A stretch of 64,000 nucleotides of DNA from the NCBI GenBank assembly GCA_044892525.1, contig CM097885.1, positions 10,914,001-10,978,000 on the forward strand, in the 5' to 3' direction. Below the pieces are notes generated by a model that was given only the letters and a program-made list of their open reading frames with translations, searched no databases and was not told the DNA's origin. Made by a program: the position numbers and the translations under genes. This DNA comes from Schmidtea polychroa (taxonomy: Eukaryota). Each line of letters begins with the position of its first letter. The stretch's first letter is position 1. This document shows positions 1 to 11,900 of the stretch, in pieces.

Positions 1-1
1 A

Positions 2-484
2 GTTCCAGGATTAGAGAAAATGTATTTAAATTTTGGATTTGATATTGTATCTGCTGATATTCATATGTTTTCATTATTCGGTCGACATCAATTAGATCGA
101 ATAATTAGTGAAGTCAAACCAAATACCGATTGTGAAGAAATTCAATTTTACATGAAAAAACAAACCAAAGGAATCAGCTGACTAGTTTTTGTGTCAAATG
201 TGAATAGTGGAATGTATTGCACGTTTGTAATACAAATTTGTTTCAATTCTTGGCATGGAATGACAATCTATTTCTCAGATTTTACCGGTAATGTGAACAT
301 GTTGTCTGCTAACAGTATTAGGCAAGCCTTTGAAGCCATTGACATACCGGAAGTTACGAATATCGTTCTATATGTTCCTCGCAATCACTTGTTAGAACAA
401 TTGGCAGAAATAGGGGCGGTAGATATAACGATAGAAGAAGACTGGAATTTGGCTTTTATCGCAAGTGAAAAATTCGCTGCTTAA
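2..484 (+). pseudogene. 3' part of a possible GNAT-like acetyltransferase ORF with an in-frame TGA at 179-181
   Basis: Frame 2 is open from the window edge (VPGLEKMYLNFGFDIV...) apart from one TGA, then continues into ORF 191-484. LEKMYLNFGF resembles the GNAT C-terminal A/LxxxYxxxGF motif. Family call is weak. Confidence 0.35.
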
Positions 485-595
485 TAGCAATTATCTTTTT
501 ACGAAAATTATATTTTAATGTAATCTAAAACATTTTTAATGTGATGTACTACTTTTTATAATTTTTAGTGAGTAATACTAAGTATTGTAGTAGTA

Positions 596-2110
596 TTATA
601 TAGTTATTGTGTAATTTACAGTATTTATTGTACTTTTATTGTTAAATTCAATATTTCACAAATTTGCTAAGTGTAATGTTTAACAGTGACCTTCAAAAGG
701 GATGCTAGTAAACGCCACACAGAATCATTATGGTTTTATTGTATTATCGCTTTAGAATTTTTCTTAATTCATTAAGTTAAACATTGAAGAATTTTTGTAA
801 ATATGATTATTAGGAGAAGATTTGACTTTTTTCAAAGTGGTTTCAAATATATGTTATTCAAAAAAACAATTTTCCAATATAATATAAGTAGGTAAATGTG
901 AGCCCTTTACTCCACCATCAGTTACCGCGCACTTGTAGGAACAGAGGCCCCTGCCCCTCCATCAAGGTCAAGTCACGATTATTGATTTTTAAATTTTTTT
1001 ATTTATTTAAAAGTACATTTATTGATTTTTAGCCCACATTTTTCAAAAAGAAATCCAAGTATGTATAATTATTGATGTATAATTATTGATTAAAAAAACG
1101 ATTTGCTCAAAGTTTTATTTAAAAAATCGTCAAAATTCAAAGACTCCTTATTAGTTTCAATAGAAATGTCGAAGTTTCTTATTCCTCGCAGAAAAATTAA
1201 TAAAATGTAAAATCAAGCAATAATTCTAAAAAATTTGGTAATGTCCAAATGGATTTGGAAATATTTTCCTCTTATTTATTTATGATAGTTCATCGAAAAA
1301 TTGAGAAGTAATTGAAGCTGATAAGGAATTTTTGGCCATTTTCCAAAAAAACGTTGAGCAAGTCGTGATTAGTAAAGTTTTAGGGTTTGTAACTCTCATA
1401 TTTTAGAAAAAGAAAATTTCCAAATATCTCAAAGATTCTTTTCCTAGTCAAATTTTCTCTTGAGATATTTGAAAAATTTTAATTTTTCCCCAGAAAAGTC
1501 TTGAAGAGATTCAAAAATGTTGTGGTCAGCAAAGATATAGGTGACCTCATCCTATATATTTTAGTCGAAATAATAATCTAAAACCCCCACGCTACAATGA
1601 GATAAAAAAAGTAAAATTTCACTTTAAAATCAATGTTTGCACTTTTTAAACAATAATCATACATTTAAATCAATACTTAGATTTCTTTTTTAAAAATCAA
1701 TAAATTTACTTTTAAATCAATAAAAATAAAATTTTTTGAAAATCAATAATCGCGACTTGTCCTCTGTTCCTACAAGTGCGCGGTAACTAATGGTAGCGTA
1801 AAGGGCTCACATTTACTTACTTATATTATATTGGAAAATTGTTTTTTTGAATAACATATATTTGAAACCACTTTGAAAAAGTCAAATCTTCTTCTAATAA
1901 TCATATTTACAAAAAATCTTCCATGTTTAACTTAATGAATTCAGAAAAATTCTAAAGCGATAATACAATAAAACCATAATGATTCTGTGTGGCGTTTACT
2001 AGCATCCCTTTTGAAGGTCACTGTTAAACATTACACTTAGCAAATTTAAGAAATATTTAAATTAACAATAAAAGTACAATAAATACTGTTAATTACACAA
2101 TAACTATATA
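596..2110. repeat. Long inverted repeat (foldback): arms ~596-1030 and ~1690-2110
   Basis: Arms are near-identical reverse complements, e.g. CAGTGACCTTCAAAAGGGATGCTAGTAAACGCCACACAGAATC versus GATTCTGTGTGGCGTTTACTAGCATCCCTTTTGAAGGTCACTG. Confidence 0.9.
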
Positions 2111-3380
2111 AAAAAAATTAAACTTTAATTTTTGTACCTTTTTAAAATTTTGCTTTGGTAAATTTTCGGAAATTTGTTTTTTGGGGCTTTTTAAAATTTG
2201 GGGAAAATAATTTTGGGACTTTTTAAAATTTGGGAAATTTTTGAGTTGGGAAATTTATTTTGGGGATTTTTTGATTTGGAAATATTTTGTAAATATTCCA
2301 TGTGATTTTTTATAGTAATTTGTTGATTTTTCCCAAGTATTTTTATATAAAAATTTCTAAGTGGTGTGACCTTCACTTTAAAATACTTTCATATTTAAAA
2401 AAAAATTTTCTATGTCAAGTGGTGTGACCTTCACTTTAAAGTACTTTCATATTTAAAAAAAAATTTTTCTAAGTATTTTATTAAAGCTTTTGTTTATTGT
2501 CCCATAGAAAAATATTATTTTATTTCTATAATATAAGATTTTCTATGTTTGATAATATATGAATGATGTTAAATTATGGCATTTGATGTTGACACTTTGG
2601 AGATCATTTCCATGCAAACTATGCATTTTTTCTATATATAGACTATATATTTACTTGTCCGTTATAAAATTCCGAGTTAAAAAAAATCTCCAGTGGGGAT
2701 AGTGGTGTGGATGGGACATGGTGTGGAAGGGACATATCCATCTACTCACTAGTCCCAACGATATGTATTCCCTGCAAGTATTGACAGATAGGAGACGTTG
2801 AATTATGTTAAAATGACTAAATTATGAAAGAAAATAACGCAAGACTTTTAAGTACTGTTAGTCACTAATGGATTAAGACTAGTGACAACCATAATGGCAA
2901 GTAAATAGATGAAATTACACTAGTAGCCAAGGAAAGGAATATAGGTCAACGGACACAGGATTTTTTGTTGTCACGAAGATATCACGGGTCAAATTTATTT
3001 TTAGAAATAAAAGAAAATATAATGCAAAAGTGCACTAATCTATCGAGAGTTAGACAAGCATTTTGTTAGAGAGATTTCCCAGTTAATTCTATTATTTCTT
3101 CACGTAACGAGTAAACGACTATCGTAATGAATTAAAAATAACACTGCTTTTATAAATTACAAAGCTGAGAAATACAAATTTTGAATTTGTTGAGTTAGAT
3201 ATCCTTTTGTTTTAATAATTGGAGTTGGCGGCTTTTGTGAAAAATTAAAAACTTGTTATTTATAAATCTTTTGATTAAATATATATTGTTGGTTTCAAGA
3301 ATTTTGATGAGAAATTTAAAATGGATTTAAAGATGGATTTAACTGGTGACCGCGCCGAAAATCAAAATATCAACGCCCTT

Positions 3381-4342
3381 TAGAAATCGACAAAATTGCT
3401 AATGGAATGCCTACCGAAATCATGCTAAGACATGCTCACACTGAACATCAGACGATATGATGGACGAGGTTTAAAAGAAGCCGAAGAATGAATCAGGGAT
3501 ATAGAAGAATGACTACTGACAAATGGACAGCGATTGACAAGCACTTTCGATGTGTTATTAGTGGCAGAAGCAAAGACATTGTGGGGAAACGTCAGAGAAA
3601 CAGAAACCACAGATGTGAAAGCCAAAGCGTGTTTCTTACATACGTTCACAATTGCAAAATCAATAACTGACAAAATCAGAGAATTGGCAACTATGGAACA
3701 GGAAGATGTTGAAAGGTTTGCAGCTTTTGAGATACGGCTAAGGAAAGCTTTAGCTGAAGTTGTAAATTCAGGACGATCAGAAGAAGATATTGTTCAAGAC
3801 CTCATCGCAAATAAAGCACGCGATGCGAGACTGCGGGAGATACTATTGACGAAAGCAGATACAAAAATTGAAGAAACGAGATCATTGGCGAAAATTTTGA
3901 AAGTAACAAAAATGGAAACAATAAAACGGAATTTATTAAAGCAATCGGTCAAAGAACATACGCTAGCGTAACTGATGGAGGGCAGATGAGAATTCAAAAG
4001 AATACTCGAGATCCCATGCCTACATCACCATAAAGAAGACTATTAGAAGAGTCATCTAGTCACCACAGATCAAGAAGAGACGAACATCCTATACGCGGAC
4101 TAATACAATACGAAGGAAATAACCATGGTCGTCGAGAACTATCTCCAAGAGAACAATTCTTGAGAAATGCGAGAATCCCGAATAGCTCAAAAAGGAAGCT
4201 GCCAACAATATTTATGAAGAATATAGCAAGGAGGCTGTACAACGAAAGTAGACACAAAAGGTATGAGTGCCCACTGGGAAATAAATGCCTGATATGTGGC
4301 AAGGAAGGTCACGGGTTCGGAAGATGGAAGAAATTAGAGTAA
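3381..4342 (+). pseudogene. gag: Gypsy gag, fragmented by stops/frameshifts
   Basis: ORF pieces 3534-3971 and 4160-4342; zinc-knuckle-like CLICGKEGH just upstream of the protease. Confidence 0.7.
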
Positions 4343-4346
4343 AATA

Positions 4347-6719
4347 ATGTTGAATAATGCCGAAACAGAGATGTTATGGGACTCTGAAGCATCAGTAACA
4401 GTCATGAGCAAGAATTTGTGGGAGAAAATAGGCAAACAGGAACTTCAACGCAGTATGATTTTATTATGTGGAGTTTTTTCAAATAGAGGTGAAGAAGCAA
4501 TAGCATACATGACTATGCCAGCCAAATGGCATCAGAAGACCAAAATAATCATAGTAGTAGTGCTAAAAGAGATCAAACAAGAATTCATAGGGGGCATTGA
4601 TACAATGAAAGAGTTCGGAGTAAAGTTAGTGAAAATCAATAATATAGAAAAGTCATTTATAAACAAAATTTACACTGATGAAGAAAGAATAAATAAAGCA
4701 CTAGTGGCGATGCCAGGTGAGAATATTGAAGGAATGATCAGGGAATACGGCAGAATTTTTATGGCATCGAAATTCGATCTGGGATTTACAAACTTAGTTC
4801 GACATGAGATGCGGATAATAGAAGGCCCAATAAAGCAACATCCTAGACGTCAACCAATGCACATGGAGAAAAGAATTGAAGAACTGATAAAAGAGTCAAT
4901 GAAAGCAAATGTTATTCGGTGTTATAAGAGTCCTTGGAATGCCCCGTTAGTGATAGTAGGGAAGAAAGATAGATCTATCAGGATTTGTGTATATTATCGT
5001 GAATTGAATTCCATAACAGAAAAAGAGTCATTTCCGATGCCTAATACCAAATTCTTACTAGACTGTCTCGCAAATGCAAAAATATTTCCGTCAATAGATT
5101 TAGGTCAGGCGTATTATCAAGTAGAATTAGCTTCAGAAATTCAAGAAATGACTGCATTCAGTACAAGAGACGGACAATTTTGCTTCAATAAACTACCGTT
5201 TGGCTTAGCAACAGTCCCTGCGACATTCCAGAGACTGATGCACACAGTACTAGAAGTAATGCTATTCAAGGGAGTAGTAGTTTATCTAGATGATATCTTG
5301 GTATATGGTAAAAGTCAAAAAGACCACGATGAGCTATTAATGGAAATATTCAAAAGAATTCAAATGGCAGGACTGAAGATAAATCCAGAAAAAGTGGAAG
5401 AGATCGAGAAAGTAGAAGTACCAAAATATTCAAAACAATTGAGATCGTTTCTCGGATTAACGAACTACTATAGAAAATTCATCAAAAACTATGCCAAAAT
5501 CGCCGAACCATTATACGCTGCAACATCTGGATGCAATAAAGATATAACTTGGACTAAAGAATGCAATGAGAGCTTCCAAACTCTGAAGAGACGGTTGTGC
5601 GAAGCACCTATCCTTGATTTTCCAAGAGAAGATAGGACTTTTATCCTAGACAAAGACGCTAGTTTCAGAGCCATTGGTGCAGTTTTGAGTCAAATTACAG
5701 AAGATGGAGAAGAATCTGTCATAGCTTATGGCTCGAGACATATGTCATCTTATGAAAAGGATACTGTGTAACCAGGAAGGAACTGCTCGCCATACATGAA
5801 TACGTCATGCATTTTAGAGAATATCTGTACGGGAAAAGATTCATAAGTCGCACCGACCACAAAGCATTGGTTTTCATGAACACTGCAAAGACGCCAATCA
5901 GTCCGCAGTTCCAAACATTGTTATCTAACCTGTCGGAATATGATTTTGAACTAAAATATCGGAAAGGCGAAGAACACTCGAATGCAGATGGACTATCAAG
6001 ATTAAAAAGTATTATTTGCACCCAATGTCAAACAAGACATGAAGAAGCTAAGGAAGGAAAATCAAAGATTAGATATATATATACTATCCAAAGAACAGAA
6101 GCTTTGGAAAAAGTATAACAAAATAACATTCGATTTCGAGAGCTGCGAGAGATATTGGAAAATGGATGTACACGGGAGAAAAAGAATTGTCTTCCTTTTA
6201 TCGTAAAAAATACACGAATTGATGGAGGATTAATAACAGTTGAAAAGAACAAAAATATCTTAATGTTAGTCCCAAAAACATTTGCAGGCCTGTTAACAAC
6301 AACCTTACATAAAGAACTATGTCACATTGGAGTTAAGAAATTATTTCATTATATGGAAAAGATATTTTATTGGCCGAAAATGCAAGAAACAATCCAACTC
6401 TGTTTACGATGTTGCGAGATCTGCGATAAGAGAAAGATCGATCAGACAAGAACCAAGGAAACATTTATTCCTACATATAGCTCTGAATTCCTAGAACTGA
6501 TTGTTATAGATATGGTTTACATGGAAATAAACGCTATAAAAAATATATGGTAGTAATGGAGGACCGTTTTAGCAAACTGATCTCTTTAACTGCAATCACA
6601 AAGCAAGACGAAGGGACAATTTTCAAAACAATACTTGATAGTTGGATCTATCGATTTGGAAAACCGAAGAAGATTTTAATAGATAGAAGCCGAAATTTCG
6701 AAGGGAATTTCCTAAGTCA
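4347..6719 (+). pseudogene. pol: Gypsy pol (protease-RT-RNase H-integrase N-part), frameshifted
   Basis: Protease-like LWDSEAS; RT motifs SPWNAPLVIV, LPFGL, YLDDILV; RNase H DASFRAIGAVL and TDHKAL; integrase HHCC region (LH..LCH...CEIC) and DRFSK. Confidence 0.9.
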
Positions 6720-8249
6720 TGTTGGTTACTTAGGAGTGTGTCATTTTTACATTTTAAAATACGTTAGGGGTAATCATAATCGTTCAACTCTTTCCTAAGC
6801 ACCTCCATGACTATTGCAATTTAAACCATTTGTTTACCCATGGCGACGACCATGTTGGTACTGTACACAAAGGTGAAAAAACAATGAGCAGGTGAGCTCT
6901 ATTACTAAAACTACTCCCCATTGTATTTTCTTTTCGGGTTCTAGACTGCCGATAGAAGGTCTTACGTCATTATTCATTATGTATGCTGTTCTTAGATCAT
7001 TTGTGGTCCTCAATTACGGAATTTCCAATTGTTCTCTTATAAAATTTTGCGCAGGGATCCGCCCTTATTTTCCATCTAATAATTATTGTTCTATACTTCC
7101 TATAATATCCAAATTATCCTTCAAAAAATTTGAGCAGAGATTGGCCCTTATTTCCAAGTTAATCCACACTTCCCATAATATTTAAATTATTCTTTAAAAA
7201 ATTTGCGCAGGGATCTGCCTGTATTTCTAAGTCAAACCTATTTCCGACTAGAAAATACTTACGGAGACGGACCAGTGGAGAAGCCTCCTCGTTATGGCCC
7301 GATCAATCCGTGTGAATCTGAAAAGCCAGCTGACCTACTCGCAATTGGATCTTAGTCCCACCGTAACTACTAATCAAAATTAATGAATGTAAAAAACTGA
7401 ACCTAATAAAATTATTATCTAAAACTTAAAACCTGCATGAAAATTAAACAATCAAAACGAACAACAAAAGAAAATTTAACTAAAAATTAATTGAATGTAA
7501 AATTTATTAGATTAAATCATTTCATAAAAATTACAACAAAAATAAATTACCAAATCCACGATGGCATAAAATCGAAAAGTGAGTGCATATGTTTACTGTC
7601 TGCAAATTAAGTTGTGGTGTTGAAAAAAAGTTTTTTCAAATGAATTTGTAATCAGTATTTATACTGATTTTGAATGCGCATTCATGCATTCTCTGCCACT
7701 CTATCCAATTATAGTGCGAGAAATTTTGAATTAATTTTGCATACATGCATGAGTGTGTGCAATTATTTATTTATTTTTAATTTCATTAATTTAATTAATT
7801 AATTTTTTAATTTTTTATTAATTTTAATTTTATAAATTTTATAATTTAAATAATTTGAGTTATTTTAATTTTTATTAATTTAAACACTTTTATTCTTTAA
7901 ATTTAATAAGTTACATAATTCTAACCATTTAATTCTATAAACTTTACAATTTACATAATGTTAACTAATTTTATTATTTTGACGATTTAATTTTTATATC
8001 GTTTAAATAATTTTCAAATAATTCTATTTTACATTTTATTATTTTTCTATCGAAATATTTAAGTGTTCAATTTTTTGTTAAATTTATTTATCTCTTTATT
8101 CTATTATACGGGGCTTATTGATTCTTAATGTGTTATGTAATTTATTTTAAATTAAACTTTGATCATAAATTTTTTCAACTTTGCGGTTTTTGTGTTAGGT
8201 ATTTTCGATCGATTAAAACAAACTCTCAGTTCTCGGTTTCAGCCCAACA
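6720..8249. mobile_element. 1530-bp TGTTGG...CCAACA insertion (solo LTR or non-autonomous element) inside the Gypsy integrase
   Basis: 6-bp terminal inverted repeat; 4-bp TSD GTCA (6716-6719 and 8250-8253). Removing it restores the integrase frame NFLSQKLQKLGIKLEFSTPY. Confidence 0.85.
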
Positions 8250-8560
8250 GTCAGAAGCTACAGAAACTTGGAATCAAACTGGAATTCAGCACACCTTACC
8301 AGCACCAATCAAACGGTATTGCCGAAAGAGCCATACGAACGATAAGAGATCTTATTACAGCAACATTGGCAGGTTGATGTGAAGAGGGAAACTGGCACGA
8401 ACTTCTACATAAAATAGACTTCACTATAAATAGCAGTCGACCAAGTGCTACAGGTTTATCACCATTTGAGATGATTTATGGACGGAGTGTTAACCTACAC
8501 TCTAACCTGAAACAAGCCGAGATATCAAGAAGCGAAAGAATCGAAGACGCGAGATTTAAT
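8250..8560 (+). pseudogene. Gypsy integrase C-terminal part
   Basis: STPYQHQSNGIAERAIRTIR (catalytic Glu region), then a stop, then ATGLSPFEMIYGR. Confidence 0.85.
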
Positions 8561-8907
8561 TCGAGTTAAGATTTTTGATGAGAAATTTAAAGATGGATTT
8601 AACTTGTTGTAATAAATTATATTAACTTTTAAAATCAGAAAAAACATTTTAGTCGTATATTTTACAAATAAATTTCTAAAGTCTTTTATTTGAAAAAGAA
8701 TTTTGAAAAATAAATTTTATTTATAATTCTATAGCTTAAAATTACTGTTGTTTATTCGCTTCATTTATATTATAATGTACCTTTAGTTTACATTCATCAA
8801 ATATTTTAGTGATAAAAGTAAAATATTTCTCTTTTAATAAATTTGAAAAGAACTATATTTCAACCAATATAATTCAATATACTAATGAATTAATGTTTAG
8901 TTTCAAA

Positions 8908-11900
8908 ATGTCTGAAGTTAATTTACAAACCGAATCGAATGAAAGTGGTTTTATTGAGCAAATGAGTGATTTATCATTGAAAGAAAACCCATTAAATGAT
9001 AAGCACCCAACTGATTCTACTGAAATTGAGTAGCAATAACCACGATTTTATACCTAATAATTATGATATTTATAGATCTCAAATAAGATCGGCATTAAAT
9101 CAACAAACAATTATCCAGTATCGTCAATATGCTGCTGAACAACATCCTAAAGAATTGCATAAAGTATTTTACAATAATATGCAGTTTCCATATTAATCTT
9201 TATAATTCAGCAAGAAGAGTTGATTAAACAGTTACAAGAACAATATTTTCAACAATATATTACTCAAGTATTTGAAGTTCAGAAAGTATATCAACGTCAA
9301 CAAATCGACCAGGTTAATATTGTTTTCAAGAATTTGAATAATTTCACTTTAACTTTTATTTATTTATATAGTTATCTAATAAATAAATTTTAATATACAA
9401 ATGAGCCGTAGTTAATTTTAATAAGCTTTTTATTGAAATATCAAAGAAGTTGAAAATGGATTTTAAACGGAAATTTTAAATTATTAATTTAATTTATGAC
9501 AACTGTCAGTTATTACGATTATCCACGAGTATTGGGATTTTTATTTATGAAATTAGGGAAACTGTCATCGTGGGTTATTTACAGATAGTTTTTATACTCT
9601 AGAAGTATCAATTAAGGACGATTTTTGCTGAAAGAAAAGTTTTACTCTTCTAACCACATTGTCCGGTTCCGTCACTCGAATTTGCCCCCATAAATTACTA
9701 TATAACTGCTTTTACTATATATTATAAAATAATTCATTTTTAAAGCTATTTATTGAATAATTTATTATAATTCTGCTATATATTTGTGGTATGCAAAAAT
9801 TTGGCATTGCTCATTTAATGAGCTAATTGACGCCCCTTATTCAATAATATGGACATTTTAATCCATTTTCAAATGTCAACGAAGTTATAATGAAATAAAA
9901 AATTGAACAGTGCTTAGTTACAGTGGCGTAGCGAGCATAACTGGTTTCTGGGGCGCGATACCATTTGGCCTCCCCTTTGATAAACATACAGTAATATAAT
10001 ATATATTACGAATTGTCACTACCTAAATGCGCTTCTACAAAATACTGTACTGTTTTTTTCGGGATAAATAGGGACACATGCTCAGGTTAGGCTTTAAATC
10101 GTACTGCATTTATACTGTATTCGTTCTGAGATATGCGGAATCCACGAATAATCATTTTGATATTATTTGAAGATTATTACTTAATATTAAATAAGTAATC
10201 GGCTGGAATTACAGCAAGGTACTATATGGGGCGGTGAGTTCTCTTATGTACCAATTTTACGATACTGGCACAATCATCGTGACACGACCCGTTCTTCTTT
10301 ATGGGTAGAATCCTCGATGATTTGATCACTTTCTATATCATTTTGGCTTTGATGCTGTGATATTCCCCCTATCTGAAGCCGAGTTTTCTGAATACATCAT
10401 TTTTTCTCTTATTCCAAGTTCCAACATGTCCACTGTTGTGTGGATTCTGGTTTCTTCTTGGATATCTTGGGCTAGTTTTCTGTATTTATTAGAATCTTTA
10501 GTTCTTGAGGTTTCTATTGTAGTGATGTCGTCGAATGAGCATTTGATATCTATTATCATAATCTTATCCTTCATTTCTGGTTTTAGCATTTCCTTGACTT
10601 ATTTTCGCTTTGTTTCGATCTCAAAGTTTATTTCATTACTTCTTTTTCCTTTTCCATGAGTGATATGACATGACATGATGTACCATTTGCTCTTCCCATT
10701 TGCTACGCCACTGCTTAGCTTGTGTTGCGATGCCAGTGACAGTGAAATAGTTTGAATTTATTCCATTTTAACTTCTCATTAACACAATTTTTATGTATTT
10801 TCTAAGTTTTAACATTGTCTAATAATTGCCATTCAAATATTTCACGCCTTTCTCTTTTGAATTGATACATTTCTTATAATTTTTTCTTATTATTCATTCT
10901 TTATAAATCGATTTCCCAAAAGATCTTATAAACAACCGCAATTTGTTCATTTGTTGTAAATAATTTCCCAGCTGAAAAATTTGGCAAAATATTTCCAGTT
11001 TATTTCTGAAATCTTTTTGCAACCGTTTTTTTTCCTACCTTAAAATAGACTGAAAATTAAAAATTTTTATTTAATTTATTTGTATGGAATTTTGTCACGT
11101 TTTATAGTGACTGGGTTAACATGTAATATATTGATGTGTTATTTAATATTTGAGATATTCTTTCTAATACAAACTATTGACAATGCATGTAGAAATTAAT
11201 TCATTGATAAAAGTGTTTTAGTTTTCAAGTTTTGGTGATATTTTGATTATAAAGGGCGTTGTTTTATGTCTCGCCCAGTTTTTTATGATGATGCAATATT
11301 TTCCACTCAGCTTGATATTGTTAACCGAAATTTTTCATCGATATCTTTTTAAATTTTAGGAAAATAAGTTAACAAAAATCCAAAAAAATATACTTTATCT
11401 TACTCATAAAAAATCTTGGATCAACTAAAGAATAAAATGTAAGTAAACGAAACAATTTTAAAACTTCATTAAAATCATTTTTAAGAATATTGTCTCTAAA
11501 CACCCACTCTACTAAATACAATGGCAATTTTTCTTTTTAACCCCCTTTATAGATTTAATTCTACTTTTTTTTTACCCAGTAACTTTCAATGGCTTGTGTT
11601 TGCGTTACAGTTTCATAGTTAATTAACTATGCTTTATGGTTTACTGTTGAATGAGCCAAATTTTCATTTCTTTTGATATCTTTTCCATTCATCAGACCAG
11701 GCAAACACATCCTGTTAATTATTGGTAATGGGGTTTTTTAAGATCTATCTCGTATAATACACATATATCCTTTACTTGGAATATAACTTGTATCAATCAT
11801 ACCAAAAACCGATATTTTATCACTGCCGGACCTTTCCCGATGGTTCTAAACATGGATTCATTGATTTGTACAATAATACATTCACCACGCAGTTTTTAAT

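Larger units (their letters stand above)
1..2750. mobile_element. Right terminus of a Polinton/Maverick-like element (element C), extending left of the window
   Basis: Reverse complement of ~2704-2750 reads AGTGAGTAGATGGATATGTCCCTTCCACACC-ATGTCCCATCCACACC, the same architecture as element B's left end (AGTAGTAAGATGTGTCACCTCCAGGAC-ATGTCACCTCCAGGAC). 2190-2290 is the reverse complement of B's subterminal TTTCCCAA-rich repeats at ~53980-54070. Confidence 0.65.
2969..8603 (+). mobile_element. Degenerate Ty3/Gypsy LTR retrotransposon; 5' LTR ~2969-3343, 3' LTR reduced to its last ~35 bp
   Basis: Begins TGTCACG. LTR end GATGAGAAATTTAAA..GATGGATTTAAC is seen at ~3306-3343 and ~8577-8603. TGG primer-binding site at 3344. 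Probable 4-bp TSD TTGT. Gene order gag-PR-RT-RH-IN. Confidence 0.85.

Noticed and set aside
179..181. TGA recoding (alternative code or selenocysteine) here and at 37918
   Set aside because: TGG is used for Trp and TGA as a normal stop elsewhere in the window; other premature stops are TAA/TAG, so ordinary nonsense decay explains them.
2704..2750. This terminus as the partner TIR of element B
   Set aside because: The two ends face away from each other and are only partly similar, so they belong to different elements.
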